Below are positions 57,101 to 64,000 of a stretch of 64,000 bases of DNA, piece by piece. The notes under the pieces are model-generated. The model searched no databases. It saw only the letters and a program-made list of their open reading frames with translations, and was not told where the DNA came from. Within the stretch, counting starts at the first letter, position 1. Each line of letters begins with the position of its first letter. The position numbers and the translations under genes are program-made. The DNA lies in assembly GCA_964536745.1 (NCBI GenBank), contig CAZHYL010000001.1:76961-140960 (forward strand), in the 5' to 3' direction. The DNA comes from an uncultured Candidatus Saccharibacteria bacterium. Lineage in GTDB: Bacteria > Patescibacteriota > Doudnabacteria > UBA920.

Positions 57101-57146
57101 CACCACTTCGCTTTTTAATCTGGGTTAGGTTTTGAGTTTGTATCAT
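54117..57146 (-). CDS. nrdA: Class I ribonucleotide reductase alpha subunit with two ATP cones
   Basis: KKRSG and VVKRDG cones, QLSSCY, SNLCTEI, VCNLGS, APTATIS, KTTYYLR, terminal C...CxxCQ. Confidence 0.96.
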   Translation of the reverse strand: MIQTQNLTQIKKRSGEIVDFDPNKIDVAISKAYVQVYFKTNQSLTTEIAKAVIADLDANFVDSAPSVEDVQNVVERKLMEKGLFEVAKAYIIYRYEHTKERQQKQAEVLEKISTSEFMVVKRDGSKQPFDVNKVKASLEKILGEYSADIDVNAIMNQLRLELYEDIKTAEIERALIMVLRSFIEKDPAYSFVAARLLTNKLYKEVIGEDVIDFAGGKVEQQMRQAFIKRIQEGVSIGRLDPRMLTFNLEYLASELVMERDNLLNYLGVQTLYDRYFTKNPDTKQILETPQMFWMRVAMGVALLEHDKEARAVEFYRITSTLHFVPSSPTLFHAGTIHPQLSSCYLTTIEDDLDNIFKSLGDNAQMSKWAGGVANDWSNLRGTGAQIKRTGVESQGVIPFLKIANDTTVAINRSGRRRGATCAYLESWHWDIEDFLELRKNTGDERRRTHDMNTANWVPDLFMQRVKEDKMWSLFSPDETPDLHDLYGVEFKKRYEQYEQLGLAGELRLFRQMPAKDLWKKMLTMLFETGHPWVTFKDPSNIRSPQDHVGVVHSSNLCTEITLNTTSNETAVCNLGSINLARHVMNGQLDIQKIQYTVTVAMRMLDNVIDLNFYPTIEGKNSNMKHRPVGLGVMGFHDALYQMNINFDSEEMVQLADSSQEAISYYAILASSQLAKERGAYASFRGSKWDRGILPVDTIALLEEERGTQIPVSRTGLLDWSVVRDSIKEHGMRNSNCMAIAPTATISNISGAIPAIEPIYKNIYVKANISGDFVVVNHYLVKDLKDRGLWNEDMLTKLKFFDGRVTEIPEVPQDLKEKYKEVFEIDSRWLIKAAAFRGKWIDQSQSLNIFYAGKSGKEINDIYLYAWDMGVKTTYYLRTMAASQVEKSTVDTATFGKTHLRGASPLADALATPVEINTPVPEIAMAGATIGTVLGSDGTAMQTQTSFTAKITETEAVMESTVVTEDLSSRLGLEEQVVNEVTETAPDPVSMLQTEFKLCRLDDPDCMACQ

Positions 57147-57175
57147 GTGTTTAGGTTGTTAATTTGTTTTCTTAG

Positions 57176-57622
57176 TTATAACTTAAGGATTTCTTCTTTA
57201 AATGCTTTGATATCTTCGAATTGACGATAGACACTGGCGAATCTTATATAGGCGACCTTATCGACTTTTCGAATTACTTTCATTACTATCTCGCCGATTT
57301 GTTCACTAGGAATCTCGCCGTTACAAGCTTTCTTCTGTATCTCTTGCTCGGCTTCGGAAACTACTTTTCGAAACATATAATCGGTAAGGTTCCTTTTCTC
57401 GAAAGCACGGCGCAAACCACGTTCTAATTTATCTCGGACATAAGGCTGTTTGGTACCATCACGTTTTACAACTGTAAGGTCTAAAATTTCGATCTGCTCA
57501 TAAGTTGAAAATCTGAATTCGCATTTTTCACACTCTCTGCGCCTACGAATTGCTCCAGCATCATCCACTGGTCTTGAGTCCACCACTTTAGTGTCTTGGT
57601 TAAGACATTTTGGACATTTCAT
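57176..57622 (-). CDS. nrdR: Transcriptional repressor NrdR
   Basis: MKCPKC...DSR...RRRREC..C..RFSTYE, ATP cone, AYIRFASVYR.F. Confidence 0.97.
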   Translation of the reverse strand: MKCPKCLNQDTKVVDSRPVDDAGAIRRRRECEKCEFRFSTYEQIEILDLTVVKRDGTKQPYVRDKLERGLRRAFEKRNLTDYMFRKVVSEAEQEIQKKACNGEIPSEQIGEIVMKVIRKVDKVAYIRFASVYRQFEDIKAFKEEILKL

Positions 57623-57677
57623 AAATTTATTATGGCCAAAACATAATAATTATTACGATTTGGCCAATTGATTAAAA

Positions 57678-57725
57678 ACACAACATTTAGTGTATATAAT
57701 AGAATTATACCCCTAGATGTTGTGT
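57678..57725. promoter_or_regulatory. Tandem NrdR boxes flanking the -10 of the nrdR-nrdA-nrdB promoter
   Basis: ACACAACATTTAGTGT (57678-57693) and CCCCTAGATGTTGTGT (57710-57725), 32 bp apart; minus-strand TATAAT at 57704-57709. Confidence 0.85.
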
Positions 57726-57823
57726 TGGCCAAATTTTGCTTGGTTGTGCGACAGAACCACAATTAGGCACGACTTAGGTACTTTTTATGACCCTGCGACC
57801 GTCGGTCTCGATGGACATTTTAC

Positions 57824-57832
57824 TTATCCACA
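57824..57832 (+). promoter_or_regulatory. Perfect DnaA box upstream of the nrd operon
   Basis: TTATCCACA. Confidence 0.5.
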
Positions 57833-57916
57833 CGGAAATAAAAATCCCCATCGGGGGACTTTATTTTTTCTTACACAACCCTACTTAACTTAACAACCCA
57901 AAGTCGGCTGGAAATT

Positions 57917-58900
57917 TTAGATTATGGTTTTTATCTTTTGTCCTTTTCCAAAAGCTGAAATTAACTCGATTGTATGCCTAAAAATTCTCTCTGCAGATTC
58001 AACGGTGGCGTGGGCAATGTGAGGAGTAAAAAGTACTTTTGGGTGTTTTGCTAACAATTTTTGAAATACCACGATCTGCCTCTGGCTAGGGGTAAGTTTG
58101 CTCTTTTTCATGGTCATCCATGCCTCATGTTCCAACACATCTGCTGCGTAACCAAAAAGCTTCCCAGAGTTCAAAGCTCTAAGGAGAGCTTTTTCACTAA
58201 CTACACTCCCTCGAGCAGTATTTATTAACAACATACCTGGTTTTGCATGAGAAAGCAGTTGGTTATTCACCAAATTTTCGGTCATTGGCGTTGCAGGGAC
58301 ATGTAGAGTAACAATATCAGAACGTCCAAAAACCTGTTTTAGACTCATGTACTTAATTTTGGTATGTTTTATTAAATCTGAATTTTTGTGGTTATCAAAA
58401 CCAACAACTTCCATACCGAACTCCTTAGCAATCTGAGCGACCTTCGCGCCAATTGCTCCAGTTCCCACTACTCCCAAAGTTTTTCCTGCTAACTCCATGC
58501 CAGTAAGGTCTGGATCATTAAAGTCCATAACTAGCCCAGCCTTTGCTCCTGCTACCAACTTGCGATACATACCAAGCATTAATGTAACCGTAAACTCTGC
58601 CACAGAGACCGCATTAAGTCCTGGACAGTTAACCACCTGCACTCCAAATCGCTTGCAAGCCGAAAGGTCGATATGATCGTACCCAGCTGTTCTAGCAATG
58701 ATTAATTTTAAATTTGGCAATTTCTTTACGATATCACCTGTTACTACAGAATCTGTATGAATAGTTAATATCTGACAATCCTTTGGCGGTAAATTAGTAA
58801 GACTCAAAGAACCAGACATATTCTTCACAGTCCACTTTTTAAATTGCTTCTTAAGAAGTGTGGCCTGAGATTTTTTTAAACCATAGTTTACTAAATACAT
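57917..58900 (-). CDS. D-isomer-specific 2-hydroxyacid dehydrogenase (LdhA/hydroxypyruvate reductase-like)
   Basis: RTAGYDHID, GVVGTGAIG, INTARG, DVLE.E, TPHIA. Confidence 0.9.
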   Translation of the reverse strand: MYLVNYGLKKSQATLLKKQFKKWTVKNMSGSLSLTNLPPKDCQILTIHTDSVVTGDIVKKLPNLKLIIARTAGYDHIDLSACKRFGVQVVNCPGLNAVSVAEFTVTLMLGMYRKLVAGAKAGLVMDFNDPDLTGMELAGKTLGVVGTGAIGAKVAQIAKEFGMEVVGFDNHKNSDLIKHTKIKYMSLKQVFGRSDIVTLHVPATPMTENLVNNQLLSHAKPGMLLINTARGSVVSEKALLRALNSGKLFGYAADVLEHEAWMTMKKSKLTPSQRQIVVFQKLLAKHPKVLFTPHIAHATVESAERIFRHTIELISAFGKGQKIKTII

Positions 58901-58909
58901 ATAAATTAA

Positions 58910-60199
58910 TTAATTTCGAATGCAAACAATTAAATCGGAAATGTTTGAACCGGTGATGCCGGTCATGATCGCACTATTTAATTCCAAAACAATATTATAT
59001 TCATCATGTCGACTCAAAGCCTCCTTTAAATCGATCCCCAATGCCTTTGCTTTTTGCATTGAACTAGCATCAACAATTGCTCCAGCCACATCGCTATTAT
59101 CTCTACCGTCTGATGCTAGCGTAGCAAAGACAGTATCTGGAGGTAAACTGGTTAACGCGACTAAAGCTAATTCCTGATTTCTTCCACCACTACCTTTCGC
59201 CGTGCCTGGTTTAATAGTAACCACACTTTCACCACCAGCCAGCCAGCACTCATTAGACTTTATACTGCTGGTAATTTCTTTGGCTATATCTGAAGCTTCT
59301 CCACTGAAAGCAGATTGCCAAATCTTAGGTTTAAGACCGAGATCAGCAGCTTTATTTTCCATTGCCGAAAGAGCAGTTTCGCTACTACAAAACAGAAAAT
59401 TATGGACATTTGTGAAATAAATCGCTTCTTTAGGAGTTTCCACCAAACCACAATGATTCATCTTACATCGATCCAAAATCTTATATTTATTTAACACTGC
59501 CATTGCATCGTTCATGGTTGTATTATCCAAAACCGTAGGGCCACTAGCGACTTCAGAAAGCGCGTTACCAGGCACGTCACTAAAAATTAGACCTATCACC
59601 GTAGCAGGATATGCCAATTTCGCCAAACTTCCACCCTTTACCTTGCTTAGATGCTTCCGAACGGTATTCATTTCCCCAATGGTACTGCCCGCATCCATCA
59701 ACGCTTGAATAATACTCCTCTCTTCTTCTAACGATACGCTCTTAGGACCACATAATAAACTACTTCCCCCACCACCAATAATCGCAATTACTAAATCTTC
59801 TTCAGTTAGTTTTTCTAACATCGAGACAATCTCATCGGTTGCTTGAGTGTTTGCTGTACTTGGTAAAGGATGAGTCCCAACTCTTGATTCTAAAATTTTA
59901 AAATTAGCGGGAACTATATCGATTACTAATCCTCCAGACAATCTTGCCCCCAACTTACGTTCGATCACCGTAGCTGCATTTGCTGCTATTTTTCCGGCTC
60001 CCACCACAACCACATTTTTATACTTAGATAACAAAAATTCCTGACCCATGACATACAGTATGTCTTTTTTTGCATCATATGCAAATTGATTGTCGGTAAC
60101 TTTTTCTGTATCGATCGCGTTAAGCCCCGCTTCTAAAATCCGCAAACATTGCTTGCGGAGTTCAGACGTTGCCAGACTTTCAAAATTCTTTATTCTCAT
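58910..60199 (-). CDS. Glycerate 2-kinase (MOFRL family)
   Basis: GAGK, HPLP, GGGSSL, N.VRKHLS.VKGG, SDVPG....ASGPT, GGE, GGRNQE, SDG.D, TG.N..D. Confidence 0.9.
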   Translation of the reverse strand: MRIKNFESLATSELRKQCLRILEAGLNAIDTEKVTDNQFAYDAKKDILYVMGQEFLLSKYKNVVVVGAGKIAANAATVIERKLGARLSGGLVIDIVPANFKILESRVGTHPLPSTANTQATDEIVSMLEKLTEEDLVIAIIGGGGSSLLCGPKSVSLEEERSIIQALMDAGSTIGEMNTVRKHLSKVKGGSLAKLAYPATVIGLIFSDVPGNALSEVASGPTVLDNTTMNDAMAVLNKYKILDRCKMNHCGLVETPKEAIYFTNVHNFLFCSSETALSAMENKAADLGLKPKIWQSAFSGEASDIAKEITSSIKSNECWLAGGESVVTIKPGTAKGSGGRNQELALVALTSLPPDTVFATLASDGRDNSDVAGAIVDASSMQKAKALGIDLKEALSRHDEYNIVLELNSAIMTGITGSNISDLIVCIRN

Positions 60200-60462
60200 T
60201 CTTTAAGCTTTGGTTTCTTACTCGGACCGATTAATTGTACTGCCCCAAAACCTGCGATTATGAGTAACCCAATAGCTCCAAAAACATAAACTACCTTAGT
60301 CTTGTTAAAGTTTGAAATTGCTTCTTTTTTGGCAGTGGTGCTTGCTTCCTCTTGTGTAAGAATTCTCCTGTTACCTTTAACAGTAGTTTCTGGACTAAGT
60401 TGAGCAAAAGCTAGTTGAGGAATTAAAAGTAAAGTGAAAATGATAATTGAAATATATTTCAT
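60196..60462 (-). CDS. Small membrane protein
   Basis: Signal peptide (AFA) plus C-terminal TM; overlaps both neighbours. Confidence 0.6.
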   Translation of the reverse strand: MKYISIIIFTLLLIPQLAFAQLSPETTVKGNRRILTQEEASTTAKKEAISNFNKTKVVYVFGAIGLLIIAGFGAVQLIGPSKKPKLKE

Positions 60463-62219
60463 GGGACAATAATATAAGTTCCATCTACTTTGGCCCAGCT
60501 CCCTCCAGGACCATTCGAAAATGTTACACTAGCCAAACCAGATTGATATGTGATCGTAGAATTATTACTTAAATCTATACCGTATCCTGTAAGCTGGTAG
60601 GCGCCGGCATTATTGGATACCAAAACCCTACCACGAGAAGCATAGTAAATTGCTCCAGAGGTGTTATTACTCAAACTGATTGCTGTATTACCGGAGTTAG
60701 TTGAAAGTACTAACGGATAGCTGCCAGCAAAGTTATTACCAACAATGTCTGCATTATTACCGATGTAAATCAATCCTTTTGTGCTCGGACTGCTGGTACT
60801 ATCTGCAATAATCGCAACACCATTGGCGCCTAAGCTTTGGTCGATTCGGATAATTGAGTTATTACTCACACTAATATCTCCGTCAACCCATATAGGTCCA
60901 GTTATGTATAAAGTAACATTATTGTTTAAGGTTAAATTGCCAGAAATTTTTAAAGGACCAATTGTAGCAGTTTGACCATTTGTTAAACTATAATTTCCAT
61001 TATAAGTTCCACCGCTTTCAGCTACAGACTTCCATTCATCAATTTGTGATTGGGAGATTGGCATCGATTGCTGTGGGGAGTCCGGCTCACCAGAATGAGT
61101 TGTACCTGAAACCGAGCAAGAATTCGTTGTATCAAAGTACGCATCACCACCCACGGTACAGCCAGTCATAGAATGAGCCCTAGCATCTCCGGCAACACTA
61201 ACTCCGCTTAAGCTGGTAGTAGCACCACCCATATAAGTTTTAAAGTTCAAATCTTTACTAATAGCTGCCCAAGATGGTGTGGACCAAGTGCTGGTAGATT
61301 TTGCAGTGCCTGTGGTACAACTATCGTTACTATCGGTTGCCCAGCTATAGTAATTACTTGTAGTACTGGCAGTATCCAACAAAAGCCAATAACTAGTACC
61401 AGAAGTTAAGTTCGGATTAGTAGAAAAAGTTGCATCAACCCAACCATAATTAGTAGTTACGCTTGAACTGGCAATTGTTCCTGAACCACCAACTTGGGTT
61501 GTACTTGGCGACCCTGCATTATCCGTAACCACACGAACTGTTATATTACTTGGAGATCCAGACTTTTTAATGTAAACGCTAACTTTAGTGAGTACCGTTG
61601 TTACACTAGAAGTAAACTTCTGAGCAACATCTCGTTTTGCTGTAGCATTAAAATCATAATTTCCACCATTTGTAGTACACTGCTGATCTATTGTAGGATT
61701 GCCACCGCCTGCAACAGTTGCATCACCACTGATATCTCCGGATCCAGAAATACTACCATTGGAGTAAACATTTCCTGTAATAGTAGAATTATTCCCCATC
61801 GTTAATCCGCCCTCACCGACTTGCACACCAAAATTAAAGGCAACATTAGATAAGTCCAAAGTCACATTCATTTTAACAGTCACTTGCGATGTAGGATTCG
61901 AACTGTCAGGGATGTAGGCAGTGGAAACAATTTGTTTATTATTTGCATCAATCGAAGTCACGGAAGTAGTAAACTCACCCGGACCAAAAGCAACATCCGC
62001 CTCACCGTTAAATGATGAGTCTTGATTGAGTTCATAAATTGCTTTGTCTATTCCGGCTTCAGCTAAATTTAAAGCTTGGCTCTGTGATACTGCCTGCCTG
62101 CTCGATTTTATTTGCAGGGTTGTGTATCCCCAAAGTGATGCAGACATAGTAAGAAGCACTGCCATTATCACAATGCCTAAGATTAAAATTTGCCCTTGTT
62201 GTTTGGGTTTGTTAATCAT
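60459..62219 (-). CDS. PilX-like type IV minor pilin with large C-terminal adhesin-like domains
   Basis: QQG|QILI cleavage site lacking E5, A..LAEAGID.A, internal AQKFT...YWLLLD beta-domain, beta-helix-like C-terminus. Confidence 0.8.
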   Translation of the reverse strand: MINKPKQQGQILILGIVIMAVLLTMSASLWGYTTLQIKSSRQAVSQSQALNLAEAGIDKAIYELNQDSSFNGEADVAFGPGEFTTSVTSIDANNKQIVSTAYIPDSSNPTSQVTVKMNVTLDLSNVAFNFGVQVGEGGLTMGNNSTITGNVYSNGSISGSGDISGDATVAGGGNPTIDQQCTTNGGNYDFNATAKRDVAQKFTSSVTTVLTKVSVYIKKSGSPSNITVRVVTDNAGSPSTTQVGGSGTIASSSVTTNYGWVDATFSTNPNLTSGTSYWLLLDTASTTSNYYSWATDSNDSCTTGTAKSTSTWSTPSWAAISKDLNFKTYMGGATTSLSGVSVAGDARAHSMTGCTVGGDAYFDTTNSCSVSGTTHSGEPDSPQQSMPISQSQIDEWKSVAESGGTYNGNYSLTNGQTATIGPLKISGNLTLNNNVTLYITGPIWVDGDISVSNNSIIRIDQSLGANGVAIIADSTSSPSTKGLIYIGNNADIVGNNFAGSYPLVLSTNSGNTAISLSNNTSGAIYYASRGRVLVSNNAGAYQLTGYGIDLSNNSTITYQSGLASVTFSNGPGGSWAKVDGTYIIVP

Positions 62220-62788
62220 TTGTTTCGTAAAAAGATAGTTTCCTGAAGAGTAGAAGTGACAGATTGATTACCCCTGTAAGCGGCTTGGGTAGTTACAACT
62301 ACACTCACTTCACTTGCCGCCGTGACATCACCATTGTTATAAGTTAGTGAGAATGAATTTAATTTATCGCTTAAAATTTTTGTACCGGCTGGTCGAGCGC
62401 TTCCTGACCCAGCTTCAGTAATTTGATACAAATTTGTGCCAGTGGAATAGTAAGCAACGTAATCATAAACTGAAGGAATCAAATCCCCACTACTACTATA
62501 AGCGGGGAGTTGAACAACTACACTTCCTCCCCCAGTAGTGTAATTTGTGCCGTTGATAGTTCTGGAAGATTCTAATCTAATACCTTGAGCTAAAGTGAAG
62601 GTTAAACTATTCATCGCGGTTCGCGCACTCCCTGTTGCTTGAACCTCTGCTTGTTCAAAATTGTAAATTTTATTTTGCCAATCAAAAATACTTAACAAGC
62701 CAAGCAATAAAATGGTAAACAATGCAATTACGATTGAGACTTCAATAATTGTGAAGCCATTTTGTTGTTTTACCGAGTTAGAAATCAT
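62216..62788 (-). CDS. Type IV minor pilin (PilW-like)
   Basis: Class III signal NG|FTIIE. Confidence 0.85.
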   Translation of the reverse strand: MISNSVKQQNGFTIIEVSIVIALFTILLLGLLSIFDWQNKIYNFEQAEVQATGSARTAMNSLTFTLAQGIRLESSRTINGTNYTTGGGSVVVQLPAYSSSGDLIPSVYDYVAYYSTGTNLYQITEAGSGSARPAGTKILSDKLNSFSLTYNNGDVTAASEVSVVVTTQAAYRGNQSVTSTLQETIFLRNK

Positions 62789-63186
62789 TTACCTAACCCC
62801 CCTTGCCAGATATAACTTGATAAACTGACTTGTTGACTTCCGGTTCCAGTAGTATTGTTCCATGTTACTGTTACCACAGCCTCGGTTAATCCATCCTGAA
62901 CCTCTGTTAACGTCATCTGACCTGCGCCATTCGGAATTTCTGATAGCTGACTATTGTTAAAGCTACCCGAAGCAGGAAGGCTTCCATAAGGAGTGGTGCG
63001 CAGATCTTGCAACTGGTGCTCGGCAACTCGCAAAGCAACTTCTTTATATTTATTGTACTTGTTTAGTACTACAGAATTCGAAACCACCTGAAATAAAAGA
63101 AGAGTTACCCCAATCAAAAATATGGTGATAACCACCTCAAGAATCCCAAAACCTTTTTGATTTATTTTTTTATGATTTACAAACAC
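62785..63186 (-). CDS. Type IV minor pilin (PilV-like)
   Basis: KG|FGILE, A...LQDLR, VTVTW. Confidence 0.85.
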   Translation of the reverse strand: MFVNHKKINQKGFGILEVVITIFLIGVTLLLFQVVSNSVVLNKYNKYKEVALRVAEHQLQDLRTTPYGSLPASGSFNNSQLSEIPNGAGQMTLTEVQDGLTEAVVTVTWNNTTGTGSQQVSLSSYIWQGGLGK

Positions 63187-63272
63187 TTTTTTATTTCGTT
63201 ATATAAGGGACTTTCATGTATATAATATCACGAAACCACCCTTTATTCATAGAGAAATAAAAAACGACTTAC

Positions 63273-63857
63273 TTAGTCTGTAAGTCGTTTATGATCGATC
63301 ACTCCCTCCCAATATTGATCAAACTGGAAATTCGTTCCTTGAGCTAATTGTGCAGCTCTCCAAAGAATAAGCGGGATAAGCTTCATAGCAGGGTGCTCAA
63401 GCGACATGTCATCTAGCAACCTATTATACAATCCTGCTTGAATGATATTTGGGCCATGACCACGCCCATGCACGCGAGGGTAACCCTGTCCTCCGATAAT
63501 CTTTAGCAGTGGTTCAGCCTCAAAGACAGTATCGATGTACTCTACATTAAGTGCGGAGCCCCAAAGAACAAAAACATTGCGATTAAGCCAAACACGAAAA
63601 CCAATTGATGCTGGGTAACCAGTTAAAATATGCCTAAAATTAAGGGATTGGACCTGCCAATCACTACCACCATTTCTGGTTTTATAGATCTCGCCTTCAC
63701 CTAGATATCGCGACAGCTCTTCAAAAATTCGAACAGGAATTGCAGAAAATGAGCCATCCCATTGATCAGGTTCAGTAAGACTACCGCTTGTTTGTTCAAA
63801 CATATCCAGACTCTCTAATTGCCCTTCAGAAAAGTGAAATTTATCGTTGCCCATCAT
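63273..63857 (-). CDS. Hypothetical protein (194 aa)
   Basis: SD TAAGGAGG, promoter TTGACC-17-TAAGAT (63909-63881), terminator 63262-63290 overlapping stop. Confidence 0.7.
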   Translation of the reverse strand: MMGNDKFHFSEGQLESLDMFEQTSGSLTEPDQWDGSFSAIPVRIFEELSRYLGEGEIYKTRNGGSDWQVQSLNFRHILTGYPASIGFRVWLNRNVFVLWGSALNVEYIDTVFEAEPLLKIIGGQGYPRVHGRGHGPNIIQAGLYNRLLDDMSLEHPAMKLIPLILWRAAQLAQGTNFQFDQYWEGVIDHKRLTD

Positions 63858-63966
63858 GCCTCCTTATTGTAGAACACCTAATCTTACTCTAAACACCACC
63901 TCAGGTCAAGGTATTGATTTAACATCATATTTTTGTTAAAATAGTCTAGTATTCAAAATACAATAT

Positions 63967-64000
63967 TCGGGAGTAGCTCAGCGGTAGAGCTATCGGCTGT
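63967..64000 (+). tRNA. 5' part of a tRNA, probably tRNA-Asn (GTT), cut by window end
   Basis: TCGGGAG-TA-GCTC-AGCGGTA-GAGC-T-ATCGG-CT-GT...; anticodon begins GT; promoter TTGATT-17-TAAAAT upstream. Confidence 0.8.

Noticed and set aside
57824-57832. Possible replication origin from DnaA boxes
   Set aside because: Boxes are isolated rather than clustered, and no dnaA/dnaN is present
63191-63217. 8-codon upstream ORF (MKVPYITK) before the pilV-like gene
   Set aside because: Too short, with no SD or attenuator structure; expected by chance in AT-rich DNA

Overview
A 64-kb, AT-rich, gene-dense chromosomal segment read in the standard genetic code (TGA is a stop). Its gene content points to a Patescibacteria/CPR bacterium (Parcubacteria/Doudnabacteria-like; inferred from CPR-typical families such as the PaaX/Cas2-like protein, DUF5667 anti-sigma, the YQAVFLxNGQVYFG membrane protein and the PrgI-VirB4-VirB6 locus). 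Housekeeping genes: lemA-htpX, recX, clpC (with a CIRCE element), comF, recG, radA, rsmA, uvrD/pcrA, recO, ileS, argS, smpB, tmRNA, cspA, an NRAMP transporter, infC-rpmI-rplT, nrdR-nrdA-nrdB (with tandem NrdR boxes), a glycerate kinase/2-hydroxyacid dehydrogenase pair, three type IV minor pilins and four tRNAs. A ~15.5-kb minus-strand block (12.3-27.8 kb) encodes a relaxase-free type IV secretion-like system with many uncharacterised accessory proteins. Main unexplained signals: (1) core genes are leaderless or lack a Shine-Dalgarno site, while seven scattered orphan units each carry their own sigma70 promoter, (A)GGAGG and terminator; (2) one of these units encodes an unannotated 19-aa hydrophobic peptide; (3) a recurrent GxV[L/A]G[A/D/E]S/T motif occurs in exported proteins; (4) a three-hairpin RNA leader precedes a LysM-CHAP hydrolase. 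No CRISPR array, integrase or transposase is visible.
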